From contig JACWEG010000003.1 of assembly GCA_014653605.1 (NCBI GenBank), forward strand, positions 47,103 to 111,102: DNA of 64,000 nt, given 5' to 3'. Position 1 is the first letter of the stretch, and the number at the start of each line of letters is the position of its first letter. Shown here one piece after another: positions 38,069-48,838 of this stretch. The notes under the pieces are model-generated. The model saw only the letters and a program-made list of their open reading frames with translations. It was not told the origin of the DNA and did not search any database. Origin of the DNA: Pelagibacterales bacterium SAG-MED37 (GTDB lineage: Bacteria; Pseudomonadota; Alphaproteobacteria; Pelagibacterales; Pelagibacteraceae). The translations under genes were made by a program, and so were the position numbers.

Positions 38069-39754
38069 ATGTTTTTTAAAAAAATAAAATTTATTTTAAT
38101 TTTATTATTATTCTACCAGACCCCCTTACATTCTAAAAGTACAACTTTTGACAATTTTAACTCTAAAAATTTATCAAAATATTTTTCTGGAATTGTAGCT
38201 TCAGGTAATGAAGATAATTCATCTGCCTTAAATTTTTTTAACTCTACTAAGATATTAACTCTTCAACACGATCCTTATTTAAAAAAATATGTTAACTCTT
38301 TAGTTTTAGAAAATAAAATTTTCCAAGCAATTAATACAATTAAACAAAATAAAGGAAAAAAAAATACTGATTTTTTTGATGCTTATTTATTATTATTAAT
38401 AGATAGCTTAAAGAATAATAATTTTGATTTAGCTTATGATTATATATCAGAAGCTAATAATTTTGTTCAGCAAGATAGATTTAACAAGGCAATTTTAGAG
38501 ACCTTAAGACAATATGTTTATGTATTTAAAGAAAAAAAAATTTTAAATAATAAAAAAAATTTTGGTAATTTATCGATTATTTCAGATACTTTTTTAAGGT
38601 GCTATCTTGATGATCCTAAAACAGACTCATATTTTTCAAATTTAATAAATAATAATGAATCAGATTTTACAAGATATATTTATTTTTATCTAAGTTATTT
38701 GGTTGAAAATAATAGAATTGATGAAGCAAAAGAAATCACTAAAGAGATTGAATTTATTAATACAACATTATTATTGTCCCAAGGAAAAAGTTGGATCGAA
38801 AATGAAAATGAGCAAAGATTAAACGATATTTTTTCATGTAAAAACCATAGTGATTTAATTAGTGAGTTTTTATTTTTAATCTCAAATTTGTATTCCTCAC
38901 AAAAAGATTTTAAAGCATCAAACTTTTATCTTAATCTTTCAAGTTATCTTAATCCTAAATTTACGTTTAATTTATCATTAGTATCTGAAAACTACTTTTT
39001 AAATGAGGAATATGAAAAAGCAAAAGCAGTACTTAAAAGATTTAAAAAGGAAGCAACTTTTTATTATTGGTTTAGATTAAAAAAAGAGGCTCAGATAATA
39101 GAAAAACAAAAAAATAAAAAAGAGTCTTTAAATTACATTGTTTCAAAATTTAATAAATTAGACGCTCCAAATAAAAAGAATTTGTTTGATATTGCTAATT
39201 TTTATAAAAATTCAAAAAATTATAATGAAGCAATAAAATATTACACTATGATCATAGATGATTTAGATGATAATTCTGATTTGAAATCTGATGTTCTTTA
39301 CCGAAGGGGAGGTAGTTATGAGAGATTAAAAAATTATGAAGACTCAGATAAAGATTTACTTCATGCTTTAAAGATAACTCCCAACAATGCATATATATTA
39401 AATTACTTAGCTTATTCATGGCTTGAAAGAGATTATAAAATTAATCAAGCCATTGAGATGCTTGAAATTGCGTATAAAGCAGAAAGCAATGATCCTTATA
39501 TAATCGACTCAATTGGGTGGGCTTATTATTTAATAAATGATTTTTTTAAAGCTGAAAAATTTCTTAAAAGAGCAGTAGAGTTAATGCCAGATGATCCAAT
39601 TGTTAATGATCATTATGGGGATATTTTATGGAAATTAGACAGAAAAATTCAAGCTCGTTATTTTTGGAATAATGTGCTTGAAATGGAGGATGCTGAAGAA
39701 GATATGCTCAAAAAAATAAATATCAAAATGATTAATGGTCTTCAAAACTCTTAA
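38069..39754 (+). CDS. Exported tetratricopeptide repeat protein
   Basis: Signal peptide; LNYLAYSW, IIDSIGWAYY, DHYGDILW; usual position before ispE. Confidence 0.9.
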   Translation: MFFKKIKFILILLLFYQTPLHSKSTTFDNFNSKNLSKYFSGIVASGNEDNSSALNFFNSTKILTLQHDPYLKKYVNSLVLENKIFQAINTIKQNKGKKNTDFFDAYLLLLIDSLKNNNFDLAYDYISEANNFVQQDRFNKAILETLRQYVYVFKEKKILNNKKNFGNLSIISDTFLRCYLDDPKTDSYFSNLINNNESDFTRYIYFYLSYLVENNRIDEAKEITKEIEFINTTLLLSQGKSWIENENEQRLNDIFSCKNHSDLISEFLFLISNLYSSQKDFKASNFYLNLSSYLNPKFTFNLSLVSENYFLNEEYEKAKAVLKRFKKEATFYYWFRLKKEAQIIEKQKNKKESLNYIVSKFNKLDAPNKKNLFDIANFYKNSKNYNEAIKYYTMIIDDLDDNSDLKSDVLYRRGGSYERLKNYEDSDKDLLHALKITPNNAYILNYLAYSWLERDYKINQAIEMLEIAYKAESNDPYIIDSIGWAYYLINDFFKAEKFLKRAVELMPDDPIVNDHYGDILWKLDRKIQARYFWNNVLEMEDAEEDMLKKINIKMINGLQNS

Positions 39755-40600
39755 ATGTCTTTTTCTAGAATTAAATCATACGCTAAATTGAATCTTTCTT
39801 TAAATATTGTAGGTAAAAATAAATTTTTACATAAAATTGAGAGTATTATAGCTTTTATTAATTTGTATGACACAATATTGATTAAAAAATCTAGATTTAA
39901 AAAACATAAAATTTCATTTACAGGAAAATTTTCTAAAAATATTGATAAGAAAAATACAATTTCTAAATTGTTACAGATCTTAGAAAAAAGAAACCTTATC
40001 AAAAACCAAAATTTTCATATTAAAATAAATAAAAAAATTCCTAGTAAAGCAGGTCTAGGGGGAGGCTCAATGAACGCAGCATCTATTTTGAAATATTTCA
40101 TAAAAAAAAAAATAATTAAGATTAATAAAAAAGAGACTAGTGAGGTTGCTAAGTTAATAGGATCAGATGTAATTTTAGGACTAAACACTAATTACTCAAT
40201 TTTGACTGCAAAAAATAAAATAAAACATTTTACCAAAATAAAAAAAATTCATGTTTTGATTGTCAAACCTAATTTTGGGTGTTCTACAAAAGATATATAT
40301 TCCAAAGTAAGAAATTTTGACAAACCTAAATTTAATAAACCTAGTAAAAAGATGTTTAATTATAACAATTTAATAAATATGAAAAATAGTTTAGAGCCCA
40401 TAGTTTTTAACAAATACCCTAAACTTAAAAGAGTAAAATTAGATTTAGAAAAATCATCAAACCCAATATTTGTTCGAATGACAGGGTCTGGATCAGCTAT
40501 AGCAGCATATTTTCAATCAAAAGAAAGATGTGAACATGCGAAAAAAAGCGTTATTAAAAAGTACAGAAATTACTGGTGTATAGCTTCAAAAACTATATAA
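39755..40600 (+). CDS. ispE: 4-diphosphocytidyl-2-C-methyl-D-erythritol kinase
   Basis: AKLNLSL, IP..AGLGGGS, IGSDV, MTGSGS. Confidence 0.95.
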   Translation: MSFSRIKSYAKLNLSLNIVGKNKFLHKIESIIAFINLYDTILIKKSRFKKHKISFTGKFSKNIDKKNTISKLLQILEKRNLIKNQNFHIKINKKIPSKAGLGGGSMNAASILKYFIKKKIIKINKKETSEVAKLIGSDVILGLNTNYSILTAKNKIKHFTKIKKIHVLIVKPNFGCSTKDIYSKVRNFDKPKFNKPSKKMFNYNNLINMKNSLEPIVFNKYPKLKRVKLDLEKSSNPIFVRMTGSGSAIAAYFQSKERCEHAKKSVIKKYRNYWCIASKTI

Positions 40601-40632
40601 ATTTTTTCTTTTGTGTTATACGAACATTATAT

Positions 40633-40706
40633 TGGGGCGTAGCCAAGTGGTAAGGCACGGGTTTTTGGTACCTGCATCCTAGGTTCGAATCCTAGCGCCC
40701 TAGCCA
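40633..40706 (+). tRNA. tRNA-Gln(UUG)
   Basis: Acceptor TGGGGCG/CGCCCTA, D-arm GCCAAGTGGTAAGGC, anticodon loop TTTTGGT, T-loop GGTTCGAATCC, encoded CCA. Confidence 0.97.
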
Positions 40707-40709
40707 ATT

Positions 40710-41984
40710 ATGAAAAAATTTTTAGATATAATTTTTTTAAGATCTAATAACCTAAGTTACATTAGTGAGAATATTAAGGATCTCACAAAAAAGACATCAG
40801 CAAACAAAATTTTTCAAGCAATCAATTCTTTTACGTTAGAAAGTGAGATCAGATATGTTGGAGGATGTATAAGAAAAATAATCAATAAGGAAAAAGTAGA
40901 CGATATTGATTTAGCAACTAATTTGGTCCCTGAACAAGTTTGTGAAGCTCTAAAAAAAGAAAATATCAGTTACTATAAAACAGGAATTGAACATGGAACA
41001 ATTACTGCTGAAATAAATGGAGAAAAATTTGAAATTACTTCTTTGAGACAAGACGTTTTTACGGATGGAAGACATGCAAAAGTAAAATTCTCTACAAATT
41101 GGAAAGATGACTCCTTAAGAAGAGATTTTACTATTAATTCAATTTATTCAGATGGTGATGGTAATTTATTTGACCCTCATAATGGAAAAAAAGATCTAGA
41201 AGATGGTTTAGTTAATTTTATAGGTGATGCAGATCAGAGAATTAAAGAGGATTATCTTAGAATACTACGATATTTAAGATTTTTTATTAATTACTCAAAA
41301 AACCCTCATGACACAGAAATAATTAAAAAATTAAAAATGAATATTGATGGGGTTTCAAAACTATCAAAAGAAAGACTGTTAGATGAATTAAAAAAAATTA
41401 TTCAATTAAGTACAATCGAAAGATTATCAAAGGATAAAATAAGTCTTGAATTATTTAGTATTATTTTCCCTGAGTTAAAAGATATAAAAATTTTTTCAAA
41501 TTTAGACAGAAGTAAAAAAATGCTTCTGCAGGATGAAGATTTCATTTTCTTTTTATCTCTAATGATAATTGATGACACAGATAATACTGATTATTTTTTA
41601 TATAAATTTAATTTATCCAAAAAAGATCAAAAACGAATAAAAGTGATCCATAATTTTTATAAAGAAAAAATGCAAAAAAAGATATTTACAGAAAATAGTA
41701 TGAATACATTTTTTTACTACAACGGAAAGCAAGCCGTAACTGATATTTTAAAGTTCAAGCTTATTAAATCAAAAAAAAATCTTAAAATTTATGAAGAATT
41801 AATCAAATTATTTGAAACAAAATCAAAACCTATAATGCCAATAAATGCAGACATGCTTATGACAAAGTATAAAGTTCCTGAGGGAAAGGAGCTAGGTGAT
41901 AAACTTAAATTAATAGAAAATGAATGGGTAAATAATAATTTTCAAATTTCTGATACAAAATTAGAAAATATCATTAATAATTAA
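40710..41984 (+). CDS. cca: CCA tRNA nucleotidyltransferase
   Basis: VGGCIR, DDIDLAT, GIEHGT, TDGRHA, RRDFTIN, EDYLRILR. Confidence 0.93.
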   Translation: MKKFLDIIFLRSNNLSYISENIKDLTKKTSANKIFQAINSFTLESEIRYVGGCIRKIINKEKVDDIDLATNLVPEQVCEALKKENISYYKTGIEHGTITAEINGEKFEITSLRQDVFTDGRHAKVKFSTNWKDDSLRRDFTINSIYSDGDGNLFDPHNGKKDLEDGLVNFIGDADQRIKEDYLRILRYLRFFINYSKNPHDTEIIKKLKMNIDGVSKLSKERLLDELKKIIQLSTIERLSKDKISLELFSIIFPELKDIKIFSNLDRSKKMLLQDEDFIFFLSLMIIDDTDNTDYFLYKFNLSKKDQKRIKVIHNFYKEKMQKKIFTENSMNTFFYYNGKQAVTDILKFKLIKSKKNLKIYEELIKLFETKSKPIMPINADMLMTKYKVPEGKELGDKLKLIENEWVNNNFQISDTKLENIINN

Positions 41985-42457
41985 ATATATTTTACATCCT
42001 TAATTTCAAAATTTTTTATTCCTGCAGGAGTTTTTATTTCAACTAAATCACCCTTATTTTTTCCAATTAGACCTTTACCAATAGGTGATTGGAAGAAAAT
42101 TAATTTTTGTTTTAAATCTGCCTCATCTTTTCCAACTATTTGGTAATTAATTTTTTCACCATTATCTAAATTTTCTAGAAAAACAGTTGAACCAAATATT
42201 ACTTTTCCTTCATTACTTAATTTTTTAACATCAATTACATTTGCTCTAGCGATTATATCATTTATTTCATTAATTCTTCCTTCGTTGTGAGATTGTTCCT
42301 CTTTTGCAGCATGATATTCTGCATTTTCTTTGAGATCACCATGAGATCTAGCTTCTGCAATCGCTGCAACAATTTCTGGTCTTTTTTTTTCTTTTAAAAA
42401 AATTAACTCTTCTTTAATTTTGTTTAACCCATTTAAAGTTATTGGTTCTTTTTCCAT
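41981..42457 (-). CDS. greA: Transcription elongation factor GreA
   Basis: HGDLKENAEYHAAK, SPIGKGLIGK. Confidence 0.98.
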   Translation of the reverse strand: MEKEPITLNGLNKIKEELIFLKEKKRPEIVAAIAEARSHGDLKENAEYHAAKEEQSHNEGRINEINDIIARANVIDVKKLSNEGKVIFGSTVFLENLDNGEKINYQIVGKDEADLKQKLIFFQSPIGKGLIGKNKGDLVEIKTPAGIKNFEIKDVKYI

Positions 42458-42458
42458 T

Positions 42459-43286
42459 TTATGTCCACTTAGCCAAAGGGGGTAATGACATTAAAATACC
42501 ATCAACATTTCCACCCGTTTGTAATCCAAATTTAGTTCCTCTATCATATAATAAATTGAATTCAGTATATCTACCTCTTTTAATATATTGCATTTCCTTA
42601 TCACTAATGGACCATTTTTTTTTCATTTTTTTTCTGATTATCTTTTGAAAAATTAATTGAAATGTTATTCCGACATCCCTTACAAATTTAAAGTCTTTTT
42701 CAAAATTATCTTTTTTATAATCAAAAAAAATCCCGCCTATTCCTCTAGATTCTTTTCGATGAGGTAAATAAAAATATTCATCACACCATTTTTTATATTT
42801 TGTATAATAGCTTTTATTGTGACGATCACACATATTCTTTAAAATCTTATGAAATTCTCTTTTTTCTTTAAGATCTTTTTTTGATGGAGTCACATCCATT
42901 CCTCCACCAAACCACTCTTGGGTAGTGCAAATATATCTCGTATTAAAATGCATTGCAGGGATCAAAGGATTTTTCATATGCATAACTACAGAAATCCCTG
43001 ATGCCCAAAATCTTGGATCTTTATTTGCCCCTAGTATATTTTTTTGAAATTGTTTTGGAAATTTACCGTAAACTTTGGAAAAGTTTACACCTACTTTTTC
43101 AAAAATTTTTCCTCCTTGCAGTATTCGATATTCTCCTCCTCCTTCATCAACTTTTGTGTTTCTTCTCCAATTTGTTGATTTAAATTTAGTTTTATTTTTT
43201 TCAAATTTGATTATGTCATCACAAAAAGACTCTTGAAGTGTTTTAAACCAATTACTTGTTAAGTCTTTTTTAATTTCTAAATTCAT
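42459..43286 (-). CDS. hemF: Oxygen-dependent coproporphyrinogen III oxidase
   Basis: FEKVGVNFS, HFNTRY, WFGGG.D, RGIGGIFFD, RGRYTEFNLLYDRGTKFG. Confidence 0.97.
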   Translation of the reverse strand: MNLEIKKDLTSNWFKTLQESFCDDIIKFEKNKTKFKSTNWRRNTKVDEGGGEYRILQGGKIFEKVGVNFSKVYGKFPKQFQKNILGANKDPRFWASGISVVMHMKNPLIPAMHFNTRYICTTQEWFGGGMDVTPSKKDLKEKREFHKILKNMCDRHNKSYYTKYKKWCDEYFYLPHRKESRGIGGIFFDYKKDNFEKDFKFVRDVGITFQLIFQKIIRKKMKKKWSISDKEMQYIKRGRYTEFNLLYDRGTKFGLQTGGNVDGILMSLPPLAKWT

Positions 43287-43760
43287 TTAAATTAATTTAG
43301 TTTGTTTTAAACATTCAGCCAATATAATTGCAACTGAAGATGCAATATTTAGAGAACGTTTATCATTTTTCATTGGAATTTTTAGTCTATTTTTAACTAA
43401 TCCATGAATATCTTTTGGCACCCCAGCGCTTTCTCTTCCAAATAAAATTGTATCGTTCACTTCAAATTTAAAATTTGTATAAGAATCGGATCCTTTAGTA
43501 GTCATTAATATTACTCTTTGATTCTTTTTTGATTCAAAGAAATGATCTGAATTTTGATATATTTTAATTTCTCTCTCATCCATATAGTCCATTACAACTC
43601 TTTTAAAACGCTTATCGCTTAGCAAAAAACCACATGGCTCAATTATCTCTAATTTTGCACCCAGACATGCACAGGTTCTGATTATTGCCCCAGTGTTCTG
43701 AGGAATATCTGGTTCAAATAATGCAATTTTAGGCCCTACATTTATTAATTTCTGTGTCAT
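43287..43760 (-). CDS. trmL: tRNA (cytidine34-2'-O)-methyltransferase
   Basis: PDIPQNTG, FGRESAG, RSLN. Confidence 0.95.
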   Translation of the reverse strand: MTQKLINVGPKIALFEPDIPQNTGAIIRTCACLGAKLEIIEPCGFLLSDKRFKRVVMDYMDEREIKIYQNSDHFFESKKNQRVILMTTKGSDSYTNFKFEVNDTILFGRESAGVPKDIHGLVKNRLKIPMKNDKRSLNIASSVAIILAECLKQTKLI

Positions 43761-43852
43761 TCTATCAGTAGTAAATTTAGTATTTTATATTATATGAAAC
43801 CATATATTTAAGTAGAAAAAATCAATATTGGGTATATTTACTAATAATAATA

Positions 43853-44362
43853 ATGTCAGAAAAAAAAACTAATAGAAGAGATTTCTTGTTTACTGCTACC
43901 TACGCAGTTGGAGCGGTAGGAGTAGGTGCTACAGTTTGGCCTATGATAGATCAAATGAATCCTGATGCTTCAGTGAAAGCGTTAGCTAGTACGGAAGTAG
44001 ATGTAAGTTCATTAACACCAGGAAAAACTATTACTGTTCTTTGGAGAGGAAAACCTGTTTTCATAAGAAGAAGAACTGAAGATGAAATTGCAGATGCGCG
44101 ATCAGTTAAACTTGATGATTTAAAAGATCCAGAGAAAGATGAAGACAGAGCAAAAAACCCTGAGTGGCTTGTAATGCTTGGAGTTTGTACTCACTTAGGA
44201 TGCGTACCCTTAAATGATAAGGGAGATTATAATGGATGGTTCTGTCCTTGTCATGGATCACATTATGATACATCGGGTAGAATTAGAAAGGGACCTGCAC
44301 CTACAAATATGGAAGTCCCAAAATATGAATTTGTAAATGCTAATACCATTAAAATTGGATAA
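43853..44362 (+). CDS. petA: Ubiquinol-cytochrome c reductase Rieske subunit
   Basis: Tat motif RRDFL; CTHLGC, CPCHGS. Confidence 0.98.
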   Translation: MSEKKTNRRDFLFTATYAVGAVGVGATVWPMIDQMNPDASVKALASTEVDVSSLTPGKTITVLWRGKPVFIRRRTEDEIADARSVKLDDLKDPEKDEDRAKNPEWLVMLGVCTHLGCVPLNDKGDYNGWFCPCHGSHYDTSGRIRKGPAPTNMEVPKYEFVNANTIKIG

Positions 44363-44367
44363 ATTAT

Positions 44368-45630
44368 ATGAGTGATCACGAATATACACCTACATCAAAA
44401 GCTGGAAAATGGTTTAATGATCGACTTCCATTATTAACTTTAGCAAATCATTTAACCGACTATCCAACACCTAAAAATTTAAATTATTGGTGGACTTTTG
44501 GTGGCATACTTACTTTTTGTTTAATAACTCAAATCGTAACAGGTTTAACATTAGCTATGCATTATATTGCTCACGCAGATATGGCATTTGAAAGCGTAGA
44601 ACATATTATGAGAGATGTTAACTATGGTTGGCTAATTAGGTATATACATGCGAATGGTGCTTCAATGTTTTTTCTAGCAGTTTATATTCATATTTTCAGA
44701 TCTTTGTTTTATGGCTCTTATAAAGCCCCTCGAGAAATAATTTGGATAATAGGTATTATTATTTATTTGTTAATGATGGCTGCAGCATTCATGGGTTACG
44801 TACTGCCTTGGGGACAAATGAGTTTTTGGGGTGCAACTGTAATTACAAATTTATTCAGTGCAATTCCATTAGTAGGAGAGGGGATAGTTACTTGGTTATG
44901 GGGAGGTTACTCAGTTGATAATCCAACCTTAACTAGATTTTTTACATTACATTATTTAATTCCTTTTTTAATTTTAGGTTTAGTTGTGTTACATATTTGG
45001 GCACTACATGTTCCAGGAAATAATAATCCAGTAGGGATTGATGTCAAAAAACCTTCAAAGGACACAGTTCCATTCCATCCTTATATAGTCATAAAAGATA
45101 CTTTTGCGTTACTGATGTTTATGATTGTTTTTGCATTTTTTGTTTTTTATACACCTAATATTTTGGGTCATGCTGACAATTATATTGAAGCTGATCCTTT
45201 AGTAACACCCGCACACATTGTCCCTGAATGGTATCTCTTACCTTTTTATGCAATTTTAAGATCAGTTCCAGATAAACTTTTGGGAGTAATTGCAATGTTA
45301 TCAGCAATTTTAATTTTAGCAGCTTTACCATGGCTTGATACATCTAAAATCAGATCTGCTGTCTTCAGACCTTTGTATAAACAGTTTTACTGGATTTTAG
45401 TAGCTGACGTTTTAATACTTGGATATGTCGGTGCAATGCCTGCTGAAGGATTATACTTGTTAGTTGCAAGAGTTGCTACAGCATACTATTTTTTACACTT
45501 TTTAGTAATTCTTCCTGTATTAGGTTTAAAAGAAAAAACTCTTCCTATTCCTTTAAGTATTACTGAACCTATACTTGGTGGTACAGCTAATTTGGCAACT
45601 GCAAGAAATAAAGAAAGTTCAATTAAATAA
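44368..45630 (+). CDS. petB: Cytochrome b
   Basis: [20 protein letters not shown]. Confidence 0.99.
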   Translation: MSDHEYTPTSKAGKWFNDRLPLLTLANHLTDYPTPKNLNYWWTFGGILTFCLITQIVTGLTLAMHYIAHADMAFESVEHIMRDVNYGWLIRYIHANGASMFFLAVYIHIFRSLFYGSYKAPREIIWIIGIIIYLLMMAAAFMGYVLPWGQMSFWGATVITNLFSAIPLVGEGIVTWLWGGYSVDNPTLTRFFTLHYLIPFLILGLVVLHIWALHVPGNNNPVGIDVKKPSKDTVPFHPYIVIKDTFALLMFMIVFAFFVFYTPNILGHADNYIEADPLVTPAHIVPEWYLLPFYAILRSVPDKLLGVIAMLSAILILAALPWLDTSKIRSAVFRPLYKQFYWILVADVLILGYVGAMPAEGLYLLVARVATAYYFLHFLVILPVLGLKEKTLPIPLSITEPILGGTANLATARNKESSIK

Positions 45631-46410
45631 GTGAAAAATTTTTTAAGAATTTTATCTTTAGTTATATTATTTTTAGCTACTCCATTAAGTTCTTACGCAG
45701 CAGAAAAAGTTGAATACTTGAAAACTGATTGGAGTTTCAAAGGTCTTTTTGGAAAATTTGATCGAGGAGCATTGCAAAGAGGCTATCAAGTATACACAGA
45801 AGTATGTGCATCTTGTCATTCTATGAAATATCTGAGCTATAGAAATTTATCAGAAAAAGGTGGGCCTGAATTTACTGAACAACAAGCTAAGGCAATTGCA
45901 GCATCTTTTGATGTAACAGATGGACCAAATTCAGATGGAGAGATGTTTACAAGACCTGGAAAACTTTCTGATAAATTTGTAATGCCATATGAAAACGTTA
46001 AAGCTGCTCAAGCAGCAAATGGTGGAGCCTATCCACCAGATATGTCTGTTTTAGTGAAAGCTAGGGGTGGTGGAGTAGATTATATTTATTCTTTACTTCA
46101 AGGGTATGAAGATCCACCAGTAGGCATTACTTTAGATGAAGGTGTTCATTACAACAAATATATGTATGGAAATAAGATTAAAATGTCGAACCCCCTATCT
46201 GATGGATTAATTGAATATTCTGATGGAACTAATGCAACAGTTGAGCAAATGTCCAAAGATGTCACTACATTTTTGATGTGGACAGCAGAGCCTCATTTAG
46301 AAACAAGACATCAAATGGGTTTCAAGGCAATAGTGTATTTAATTATTCTGACTATCTTAGTCTACTTTAGTATGAAAAGAATTTGGTCACGTGTTGAAAC
46401 GAAAGTTTAG
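45631..46410 (+). CDS. petC: Cytochrome c1
   Basis: RGYQVY..VCASCH, PPDMS, C-terminal TM anchor; GTG start. Confidence 0.98.
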   Translation: MKNFLRILSLVILFLATPLSSYAAEKVEYLKTDWSFKGLFGKFDRGALQRGYQVYTEVCASCHSMKYLSYRNLSEKGGPEFTEQQAKAIAASFDVTDGPNSDGEMFTRPGKLSDKFVMPYENVKAAQAANGGAYPPDMSVLVKARGGGVDYIYSLLQGYEDPPVGITLDEGVHYNKYMYGNKIKMSNPLSDGLIEYSDGTNATVEQMSKDVTTFLMWTAEPHLETRHQMGFKAIVYLIILTILVYFSMKRIWSRVETKV

Positions 46411-47460
46411 TACATCACCATCTTTTACAATATAATCTTTTCCTTCTAATCTCATTTTACCATTAGTTTTTGAATTGACCCATCCGTTGTTTGCAACAAA
46501 GTCTTCATAAGAAATTGTTTCTGCTCGGATAAATCCTTTTTCAAAATCAGTATGAATCTCAGATGCTGCTTTTGGAGCTGTACAGTTTTTAGGAATTGTC
46601 CATGCTCGGGTTTCTTCAGGACCAGAGGTAAAGTAGGTATCTAATTCAAGTATTTTGTAACCTCTTTGTATTAACAAATTCAATCCAGTTTCTTTTAAAC
46701 CAATCATTTCCATGTAATTTTTCTTTTCACTAATATCTAATTCATTTATTTGATTTTCTATATCTGCAGAAACAATTAGAGTATTTTCATTACCAAATTT
46801 ATTAATAAATGCCTCGGTATAATTATTTCCATTTTGAATACTTTTTTCATCTACATTACACACAAATATTTTAGATTTTAAAGATAACAGACCACTTTGA
46901 CTTAGTTGTTTTTTCTCAAATTGAGAATTTAAAATTGAAATATCTTGATCTTTATTAATACAATCCAAAGCAGCATTAAGAATTTTTAATTGCTCTTCTT
47001 CTACATTTTTTTTATTGTTCTTTTCTAATCTCTTTTGAATAGACTCTAAATCAGCCAACATCATCTCAGTCTCGATAATTTCAAGGTCTCTAACTGGATC
47101 TACTGTTTCGTTAACATTTTGGATATCACTTGAGTCAAAGCATCTGACCATGTGAATAATTGCATCAACCTCTCTTATATGAGATAAAAACTTATTTCCT
47201 AATCCTTCACCTTTAGAAGCACCTTTAACTAACCCAGCGATATCAACGAATGAAATTGTAGTATTTATAATCTTTTTTGACTTAGAAATTTCTGCTAATT
47301 TTTTTAATCTTTGGTCAGGAACAGGCACAACACCAACATTTGGATCAATTGTACAAAATGGAAAATTAGCTGCCTGAGCTTTACTTGAATTTGTTAATGC
47401 ATTAAATAAAGTAGATTTACCTACATTTGGTAAACCTACTATTCCGCATTTAAAACTCAT
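46387..47460 (-). CDS. ychF: Redox-regulated ATPase YchF
   Basis: GLPNVGKST, FCTIDPN, DIAGLV, GEGLGNKFL, FRFN. Confidence 0.98.
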   Translation of the reverse strand: MSFKCGIVGLPNVGKSTLFNALTNSSKAQAANFPFCTIDPNVGVVPVPDQRLKKLAEISKSKKIINTTISFVDIAGLVKGASKGEGLGNKFLSHIREVDAIIHMVRCFDSSDIQNVNETVDPVRDLEIIETEMMLADLESIQKRLEKNNKKNVEEEQLKILNAALDCINKDQDISILNSQFEKKQLSQSGLLSLKSKIFVCNVDEKSIQNGNNYTEAFINKFGNENTLIVSADIENQINELDISEKKNYMEMIGLKETGLNLLIQRGYKILELDTYFTSGPEETRAWTIPKNCTAPKAASEIHTDFEKGFIRAETISYEDFVANNGWVNSKTNGKMRLEGKDYIVKDGDVLNFRFNT

Positions 47461-48020
47461 TATTTGTTATTTACAGCACTTGAAAATAAATCTAATTTTT
47501 TTTCAACAAGAATAGAAATAGACTCTGTTATATCTTTAGATATTTTTTCAATACCAATTGACTCATCCTCATCAAAATTTTGTAAAACATAATCTGCAAC
47601 CTCAATCCCATTTTTTGGTTTTCCAATTCCTATTCTAACCCTTGAATAATCTTTACCTATAAATTTATCAATAGAAGCGATTCCATTATGACCTGCACTT
47701 GATCCACCAAATTTAGCTTTAATTTTACCAAATTCTATATCAAGATCATCATGAAATACTATAACGTCTTCAGCATCTATTTTAAAATACTCAATTAATT
47801 CTCTAATACAAACTCCAGAGTTATTCATAAATGTTAATGGCTTTATTGCATAAACTTTTTTGTCTCCAATATTTCCAGTTGTTAAAAGTCCTTTGAACTT
47901 GGGTTTTTGTTTTGAGAGACTAAATTTTTTATTGATAGTATCTATAATTTTAAATCCAACATTGTGCCTATTGTTTTCACTGTCAGGTGTTGGATTACCT
48001 AATCCTACGAATAAAAGCAT
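47460..48020 (-). CDS. pth: Peptidyl-tRNA hydrolase
   Basis: VGLGNP, RHNVGF, TFMNNSG, HDDLD, GHNG. Confidence 0.97.
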   Translation of the reverse strand: MLLFVGLGNPTPDSENNRHNVGFKIIDTINKKFSLSKQKPKFKGLLTTGNIGDKKVYAIKPLTFMNNSGVCIRELIEYFKIDAEDVIVFHDDLDIEFGKIKAKFGGSSAGHNGIASIDKFIGKDYSRVRIGIGKPKNGIEVADYVLQNFDEDESIGIEKISKDITESISILVEKKLDLFSSAVNNK

Positions 48021-48054
48021 AAATAAATGGAATTAAAGTTTCAATTTTGATTGA

Positions 48055-48795
48055 TTATTTTTTTTCTTCAGCAGGTTTCTTTTCAGAAGGCTTTTTTTCT
48101 TCACCTTCTTTTTTATCACCTTTAGCTGCATCTGCTGCTGGTTTATCACCATCTGCTGCCGCTGCTGCCTCTGTTCCTTCAGCGCCTTCTTCTCCTTCAG
48201 CTGCTTCAGCCTCTGCAGGTTTCTCTGGCTCTTTCATAACAGTTGGAGCGGCTAAAGTTGCTATCACGAAGTCTCGTCCTTGTATTGTTGGCGTTACTTC
48301 AGAGTCCAGTTTAACTGACGAAATTTTAAAACTTTCACCAATGTCAATACCATCAAGATCTAAAGTTAAACTCCCGGGAATTTTTTCACTTGGACATTTT
48401 AATTCCACCTTTCTTCTAACAATATTTAAAACACCACCTCTTTTCAATCCTGGAGATTTTTCATGATTAATAAAATTTACAGGGACTTCAATTTTAATTT
48501 TTACTCCAGGTAAAACTCTTAAAAAATCTACATGGGTAGGCTCGTCACTTAAAATATGATACTTTACTTCTCTAGGCAAAACATTTTGGGGCTTACCATC
48601 AATATTCAGGGTAATAATACTAGATAAAAAATTTTCTTTTTCTATTAAAGTTTTAAGTAATTTTTTTGAAATATGGATTTTTTGGTTCTCATCTTTTCCA
48701 CCATAAATAATTGCTGGAACATTGCCATTATCTCTTATGGCATTTAGTTGCCCTTTAGTTTGGTTATCTCTTATGTTTGCTTCAAGTGAATTCAT
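48055..48795 (-). CDS. rplY: 50S ribosomal protein L25/Ctc with long low-complexity tail
   Basis: VPAIIYG, HVDF, PGLKRGGVL; Ala/Glu/Lys-rich C-terminus. Confidence 0.96.
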   Translation of the reverse strand: MNSLEANIRDNQTKGQLNAIRDNGNVPAIIYGGKDENQKIHISKKLLKTLIEKENFLSSIITLNIDGKPQNVLPREVKYHILSDEPTHVDFLRVLPGVKIKIEVPVNFINHEKSPGLKRGGVLNIVRRKVELKCPSEKIPGSLTLDLDGIDIGESFKISSVKLDSEVTPTIQGRDFVIATLAAPTVMKEPEKPAEAEAAEGEEGAEGTEAAAAADGDKPAADAAKGDKKEGEEKKPSEKKPAEEKK

Positions 48796-48838
48796 AAAAC
48801 AGAGTTTTTTAACCCATGTTTATAAATAATCAAGGTAA

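Noticed and set aside
40633-40706. tRNA-Gln as a prophage or island integration site
   Set aside because: No integrase, no duplicated tRNA 3' end seen, and core genes abut on both sides
48047-48466. 139-aa plus-strand ORF rich in Ser/Ala/Phe
   Set aside because: Antisense shadow of rplY; its openness is explained by the low-complexity tail codons
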